Positions 48,101-51,868 of a stretch of 51,868 bases of DNA are shown here, piece after piece (positions within the stretch are counted from its first letter, which is position 1; each line of letters begins with the position of its first letter). A program made the position numbers and the translations under genes. The notes under the pieces are model-generated. The model was not told where the DNA came from and ran no database searches. It saw only the letters and a list, made by a program, of their open reading frames with translations. This DNA comes from Thermoanaerobaculia bacterium (GTDB taxonomy: Bacteria > Acidobacteriota > Thermoanaerobaculia > Multivoradales > UBA5704): NCBI GenBank assembly GCA_044226625.1, contig JBGAGQ010000046.1, positions 1 through 51,868 on the forward strand, given 5' to 3'.

Positions 48101-48294
48101 ACCTGGTAGTAGAGCTTGCACCTGGGTCGAGACTTCTCCCCCGCACCTTCCCAAGGGAGGCGATGTTCGAGCCATGCAACTCGAGCACGGTCTCCCGAGG
48201 CCAAATCTTCCGGGCGCCGAAAGGTTTGGGGTGACAGCACCTCCAATGCCGTCCAGGCGTCGAGGATCTGTTCGGGAGCTGAGGCAGCCGTCAC
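45115..48294 (-). CDS. Superfamily 1 DNA2/NAM7 (Upf1-like) helicase with coiled-coil insertion
   Basis: VNGPPGTGKTT, ASSNNKAVEN, STTFAS, LFIDEAGQA, VVVGDPVQIEP, HRRC, ISPF-like IVSPF, GTVHTVQGREA, NVAVTRAK. True start inferred at GTG 48294 (GTGA overlap with the arnT stop). Confidence 0.88.
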   Translation of the reverse strand: MTAASAPEQILDAWTALEVLSPQTFRRPEDLASGDRARVAWLEHRLPWEGAGEKSRPRCKLYYQVVLGSIDRDPTFVKLLASFGDTRPDRPPTPGEAVLALVTLDQRGHLIEPPATSISSFGWGVPRVLEADFAALPTWSSVESPLLEELDTRLRRAKPDEEPPALDRASLDAGFRWLVKRLGLPPNLVKPPRFAIRCFESFASSDPPEPLLLNSFFLGDLQKSKRLFSQGRAPNNLQLYLGCKAPGQRTDLLHDRSALESAIAPHRVPPARWPGPGRHSLVLLQQAAVNLALTDLEKRGLLAVNGPPGTGKTTLLRDLVAAIVTARAEAMVRFDNPVDAFSHSGQKLKSGPAWLHLYRLDPRLKGFEMIAASSNNKAVENVSAALPALDAIASEASDQRYLRTVSDALLEKDTWGLAAAVLGNVANRSRFRNTFWWDPDVGLSTYLAEAAGTPQSIEVVDPETGKTTTRRPRIVTEEKAPSSPEEALIRWKKARGAFRTALRQSRESLKELEEVRQKAAALPGLINALEDLEATLLRHIAAEKLARQNREEAVALLDLATVEFRQQEAKLASMAQRTPGVLSRIFRTEKARIWDRERAPVEQALAKAKSTYAEALSRHALVEAEHRRIELEREKTRLELSMAADRLSAASLAIELARQMLGDRLVGAEFFDRSHQARQMTVPWLAEEQQRLRDDVFLAAMQLHRTFLDAAAKPLRHNLGALMSVFGGRRLPTLEKQALLPDLWASLFLVVPLISTTFASVERMLGDLPSETFGWLFIDEAGQALPQAAVGALFRTRRAVVVGDPVQIEPIVGLPDRLTHAICQHFHVDPNRWNAPAASAQTVADTATAYMASFEGRFGSREVGVPLLVHRRCSEPMFGISNAVAYEQLMVQAKGPRASKIGDVLGPSYWFDVRSGGSDKWCPEEGKVVLDLLGRLAAANVEPDLYIVSPFALVAQNLRAIIRESTFLSPWIEDLPRWTAEHVGTVHTVQGREAEAVLFVLGAPTNEQAGARNWAGGSPNLLNVAVTRAKERLYVVGNRSLWREAGVFRSLDQRMGRSS

Positions 48295-49967
48295 CGCATC
48301 GCCCCCGCCTTTCCCAGCAGGACGTAGCCCGCCTTCTCGTCCGGGTCGCGCGCGTATTCGACGAGCGGTAGAGGGTGCTGGAGCTTGGCGAGAGCGTCTC
48401 GCTGGGCGAGGAGCCAGAGCTTGCCGGGGCGGCGGGCGTAGGCCTGGAGCTCGGCCTCGTCGGCGGGGAACTCGGCGAAACGTTCGGTGTAGAAGAGGAA
48501 GGTCGAATCGATCCGCGGGTAGATCGCGTAGGACTCGTCCGGCGCGGCGAGCTCGAGCAGCCGGTTCGACAGGCCGCGGGCGGATTTGACGGCGTCGAAC
48601 GCCGGAATCACCGTGAAGGCTGCGGCGAGGATCAGGGCTCCCATCCCCCCGGCGAGGACGGCGACGGCGGAGACGATCCGCCCTCGGCGGGCCTGCCACC
48701 AAGCCAAAGACGCGCCGATCCCGAGTGGAAGCAGGACGAGCACGAGCGTACGAACGAAGCCCTCGCCCCCCAGCGGGAGGGCCTCCGGCCGGCCGCGGCC
48801 GGCGAGCCAGAGCGCGGCCGGAAGAGCGAAGCCGAACAACGCGAGGAGGAGGAGCGGCCAGGAGACCGCCTTCGCGGCCCGCCCCGGAGCCCCGGGTCCC
48901 CTTTCCGCCGCTTCCGCCGCCAACCGGTCGAGCGCGGCCCCCACGACGAGCGCGAGGCCGGGGTACATCGTCAGCATGTAGACCGACCGCTTGGCGGGCG
49001 AAACGCTGAAGAAGACGAGAGTCGCAACCACCCAGGAGAGCCCGAAAAGGAAACCGTCGCGCTCGCGGCCGGTCAGACGCTTCCAGCCGAGGACGAGCGC
49101 CGTCGGCACCAGGAAGATCCAAGGGAAGAAGTCGGCCGGAATCGTGGTCAGGTAGTACCAGGGTGGCTGGAAGTGGTGCCACGGATCGGCATACCGGGTG
49201 ACGGTCTGCTTGAACGCGATCTGGCGCAGGTAGTTCATTCCCCCTTCGAGCGCGGCGGGGATCAGCCAGGCGAGCACCACCGCGGCATAGAGCGCGAGAC
49301 CGCGGCCGATTCGAAGCCGGGGAATTTCCCGCGCCCGCTTCGTCGAGGCGAAGAAGAGCAGGATGCCGAACAGGGGCGGCAGCAGCCCGACCGGCCCCTT
49401 GGCCACGGTCGCGACGCCCGCGCATGCGAAGAAGCCGAGCATCAGCGCCGGCCGCTCCTCGGTCCAGGCTCGGACGAAGAACCAGACGGCGAGCGCCACC
49501 CAGGCGCCGAGCAGCATGTCGATCTGGCCGAACCTCCCCTGCCAAAGGATCGTCGATGAGGTGCCGAAGACGAGCGCCGCGATCCAGCCGGCGCGCCGGG
49601 AGACGAGCCGCTCGGCGATCCGGAAGGTGAGGAGCAGCGCGGCGATCGCGCCCAGGGCGGAAGGGATCCGCGCGGCCGTCTCGTTCACCCGGCCGAACGG
49701 CAGAGAAGAAATGGCGATCGACCAGAACAGGAGCGGCGGCTTCTGGGTGTAGAGATCGCCGTTGAGATGGGGGAGGAGGTACTGGCCCGACGCCCGCATC
49801 TCGCGCGCGACCTCGGCGTAGCGCGCCTCGTCCGGATTCCAGAGGTCGCGGCGGCCGAGGGCGGGCAGGAACAGGACGCAGCCGAGCGCGAGCAGGGCGA
49901 TCAGATCGCGTCGCCCGGTCCGCCGGAGCCGTTCGGCGGTGCCTTTCGCCGGCTCAGGACCGGTCAA
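48291..49967 (-). CDS. ArnT/GT39-like polyprenyl-phosphate-sugar transferase
   Basis: LWNPDEARYAEVAREM, PHLNG..Y.QKPPLLFW, AARIPSA, IDMLL, KGPVG, HFQPPWYY, KRSVY; multiple TM segments. Confidence 0.88.
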   Translation of the reverse strand: MTGPEPAKGTAERLRRTGRRDLIALLALGCVLFLPALGRRDLWNPDEARYAEVAREMRASGQYLLPHLNGDLYTQKPPLLFWSIAISSLPFGRVNETAARIPSALGAIAALLLTFRIAERLVSRRAGWIAALVFGTSSTILWQGRFGQIDMLLGAWVALAVWFFVRAWTEERPALMLGFFACAGVATVAKGPVGLLPPLFGILLFFASTKRAREIPRLRIGRGLALYAAVVLAWLIPAALEGGMNYLRQIAFKQTVTRYADPWHHFQPPWYYLTTIPADFFPWIFLVPTALVLGWKRLTGRERDGFLFGLSWVVATLVFFSVSPAKRSVYMLTMYPGLALVVGAALDRLAAEAAERGPGAPGRAAKAVSWPLLLLALFGFALPAALWLAGRGRPEALPLGGEGFVRTLVLVLLPLGIGASLAWWQARRGRIVSAVAVLAGGMGALILAAAFTVIPAFDAVKSARGLSNRLLELAAPDESYAIYPRIDSTFLFYTERFAEFPADEAELQAYARRPGKLWLLAQRDALAKLQHPLPLVEYARDPDEKAGYVLLGKAGAMR

Positions 49968-50736
49968 TGGAGACCTCTTCGGCGAGCCGGCGATCGATCC
50001 ACCGCTTCTGCATCCAGCGCACCGCGAACAGGTCGGCGAGCGCGCGCCAGAGCCGGTTGCCGATGCCGTATTTAGCCACCCCGTGGAGTCTCGGCCGATG
50101 GTTGACGGGGATTTCCACCACCCTTCCTCCCTGCATCTTGAGCAGGGTGGGAAGGAACCGGTGAAGCCCCGTGAACAGAGGCAGCCCCACCAGCAGCTCG
50201 CGGCGGCAGACGCGCAAAGTGCAGCCGACGTCGGTGACCCGCTCGTGGGTCAGCCGATTGCGGACGCCGTTGGCGATTCGGGAGGAGATCCTGCGGGTCC
50301 AGGTGTCGCGCCGATTCGCGCGGATGCCGCAGACCACGTCGGCGCGCGACAGCTCGGCGAGCATCCGCGGGATGTCGGCCGGATCGTTCTGCAGGTCGGC
50401 GTCGAGCGTCACCACGATCGGGCCGCGGGCGAAACGGAAGCCGGCGTCGAGGGCCGCGGACTGGCCGCTGTTGCGCCGCAGGCGGATTCGCCGGATGCGC
50501 GGGTCGGCCGCGGCCAGCCCGGCCATCACTTCCGGGCTGCGATCGGTCGAGCCGTCGTCGACCAGCAGGATTTCGTAGCTTCGCGAGCCGGGCTCGAGCG
50601 CCGCGGCGATCTCGCGGACCAGGGGCTCGAGGTTCTCATCCTCGTTGTAGACCGGTATGACGAGCGAAAGCTCGGGCGCGGAACCCACCGCCGGGGAGGA
50701 CGAAGACGGCCCTTGCGCCGCGGGGCTGAGCTCCAT
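49954..50736 (-). CDS. GT2 polyprenol-phosphate glycosyltransferase (ArnC/Dpm1-like)
   Basis: SLVIPVYNE, VDDGSTD, NSGQSAA, TLDADLQNDP, DVGC, HRFLP, HRPR..G.AKY. Confidence 0.92.
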   Translation of the reverse strand: MELSPAAQGPSSSSPAVGSAPELSLVIPVYNEDENLEPLVREIAAALEPGSRSYEILLVDDGSTDRSPEVMAGLAAADPRIRRIRLRRNSGQSAALDAGFRFARGPIVVTLDADLQNDPADIPRMLAELSRADVVCGIRANRRDTWTRRISSRIANGVRNRLTHERVTDVGCTLRVCRRELLVGLPLFTGLHRFLPTLLKMQGGRVVEIPVNHRPRLHGVAKYGIGNRLWRALADLFAVRWMQKRWIDRRLAEEVSIDRS

Positions 50737-50893
50737 AGGCCGGGTATCTTATGGTGTGCCGCCCCGAGCCGGCCCGCGCGCGACCGATGCGGCCCCCGAG
50801 AGCTCGCCTGGCCGGCGTTCGAAACGCACGCCGGCCCGCGCCGGTGCCAGGAGTCGGATGCCGGGCGCCGGGGGCTGGCGTATCCGAGGCCGC

Positions 50894-51649
50894 GTGGCGG
50901 AAAATTCGGAGATGGGATCTCAACGATCGCTCTTCCCCCAGCCGCTGCGCGCGACCCCGGATGGTGTGGTCGCGGTCGGTGGCCGGCCGGAACCGGAGAT
51001 CCTCGAAGACGCCTATCGTCGCGGCATCTTTCCCTGGCCGCACGAGGGAACGCCCCTCCTGTGGTTTTGTCCGGACCCTCGGTTCGTCCTGCAGCCGCGG
51101 CATGCCCACCTCTCCCGGTCTCTCCGCAAAGATCTCCGTCGGGGGAGGTTCGAAATTTCCGCCGATCGGGACTTTCCCGCCGTGATTCGGGCCTGCGCGG
51201 CCAAGAACCGGCCCGGCCAGGGGGGAACCTGGATCAACCGCGAGATGATCGCCGGCTACGTCGAGCTCCATCGCCGGGGGCTCGCCCACTCGATCGAAGC
51301 GCGCCGGGGAGGGACCCTGGTGGGAGGTCTCTACGGCGTCTCGCTCGGCGGCGTGTTCTCAGGCGAATCGATGTTCGCCGACGAAACCGGGGCTTCGAAG
51401 GTCTGTTTCGCGACTCTCCTGGGGAACCTGGCTCATTGGGGCTTCCAGCTGGTCGACTGTCAGCAGGAGACCCGGCATCTCGCGAGCTTCGGCGCCGAGC
51501 CCTGGCCGCGGTCCCGCTTTCTCGCCGCGCTTCGCCGGGCCCTCGCGATGCCGGACCGGCGAGGACCTTGGAGCCTGGACCTCGGGCCGGCCAAGGCGGC
51601 TCAGGTTCTCGCGGCCGAGGATTCGTCCGAAGCTCCGACCGATGCGTAG
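50894..51649 (+). CDS. aat: Leucyl/phenylalanyl-tRNA--protein transferase
   Basis: AYRRGIFPW, LWFCPDPR, TWI, GLAHSIE, LVGGLYGV..GG.F.GESMF, ASKV, LVDCQ..T.HL.SFGA. Start GTG 50894 or ATG 50912. Confidence 0.93.
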   Translation: MAENSEMGSQRSLFPQPLRATPDGVVAVGGRPEPEILEDAYRRGIFPWPHEGTPLLWFCPDPRFVLQPRHAHLSRSLRKDLRRGRFEISADRDFPAVIRACAAKNRPGQGGTWINREMIAGYVELHRRGLAHSIEARRGGTLVGGLYGVSLGGVFSGESMFADETGASKVCFATLLGNLAHWGFQLVDCQQETRHLASFGAEPWPRSRFLAALRRALAMPDRRGPWSLDLGPAKAAQVLAAEDSSEAPTDA

Positions 51650-51771
51650 ATAGCTCGGTGGAGGTCGGGTTCCGCGGGCGGGAATCTCCGGCTCGGGCCT
51701 CGGCGTTACCACTTATTCAGCCGCGAACGGTTCACCTCAGAAGAAAGAAGATTCGAGAGGATTCTTTCCGA

Positions 51772-51868
51772 ATGAGCTCCTTCGGTTTTCCCTTGGTTCA
51801 CCTGGTCGCGATCTGGCTCGCCGCGGCGCCGCTCCACGGCCGACCGGGAGGCGGCCCCCCGCCGGAAG
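51772..51868 (+). CDS. Start of a probable secreted protein (truncated by the window end)
   Basis: GAGAGGA upstream; MSSFGFPLVHLVAIWLAAAPLHGRPGGGPPPE looks like a signal peptide. Confidence 0.4.
   Translation, partial: MSSFGFPLVHLVAIWLAAAPLHGRPGGGPPPE

Noticed and set aside
48295-49545. N-terminal extension of the 1476-aa helicase ORF overlapping arnT (possible frameshift fusion)
   Set aside because: The extension is Arg/Pro/Ala-rich off-frame text typical of high-GC DNA. Protein-like sequence starts at GTG 48294 with an ordinary GTGA overlap, and I saw no slippery site.

Overview
High-GC bacterial chromosomal window. Gene content (myxobacterial-style Ser/Thr kinase, DUF4388, DUF885, TolC, LolA, TonB) suggests a diderm such as Acidobacteriota/Thermoanaerobaculia; this is inference only. 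The housekeeping backbone is pccB-like carboxyltransferase, glyA, folC-accD, yebC-ruvC, an AddAB-type helicase-nuclease pair, uppS-cdsA, rpmB, rel, tgt-yajC-secD-secF, lolA, metF, GT2-arnT and aat. Accessory genes are a TetR-TolC-EmrA-EmrB efflux operon, DUF885, an S9 peptidase, a DHFR-like protein, an orphan M91-type metallopeptidase, a triple PAN/apple secreted protein and a more AT-rich SF1 helicase. The best candidate for an undescribed system is a 1388-bp tandemly duplicated two-gene cassette (about 42.25-45.0 kb). Each copy encodes a secreted, propeptide-less MMP-like matrixin preceded by a secreted protein whose mature N-terminus aligns without gaps to TIMP-1, so it may be a bacterial MMP/TIMP-like protease-inhibitor pair, with signs of gene conversion between copies. 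Other notable items: a pseudo-receiver/kinase/TM/TonB fusion, a ComEA-like HhH insert in SecF, a QLDLF beta-clamp motif at the AddB N-terminus, and several apparently leaderless genes. No rRNA, tRNA, CRISPR array or transposase was seen. All family calls are from motif recognition, not database searches.
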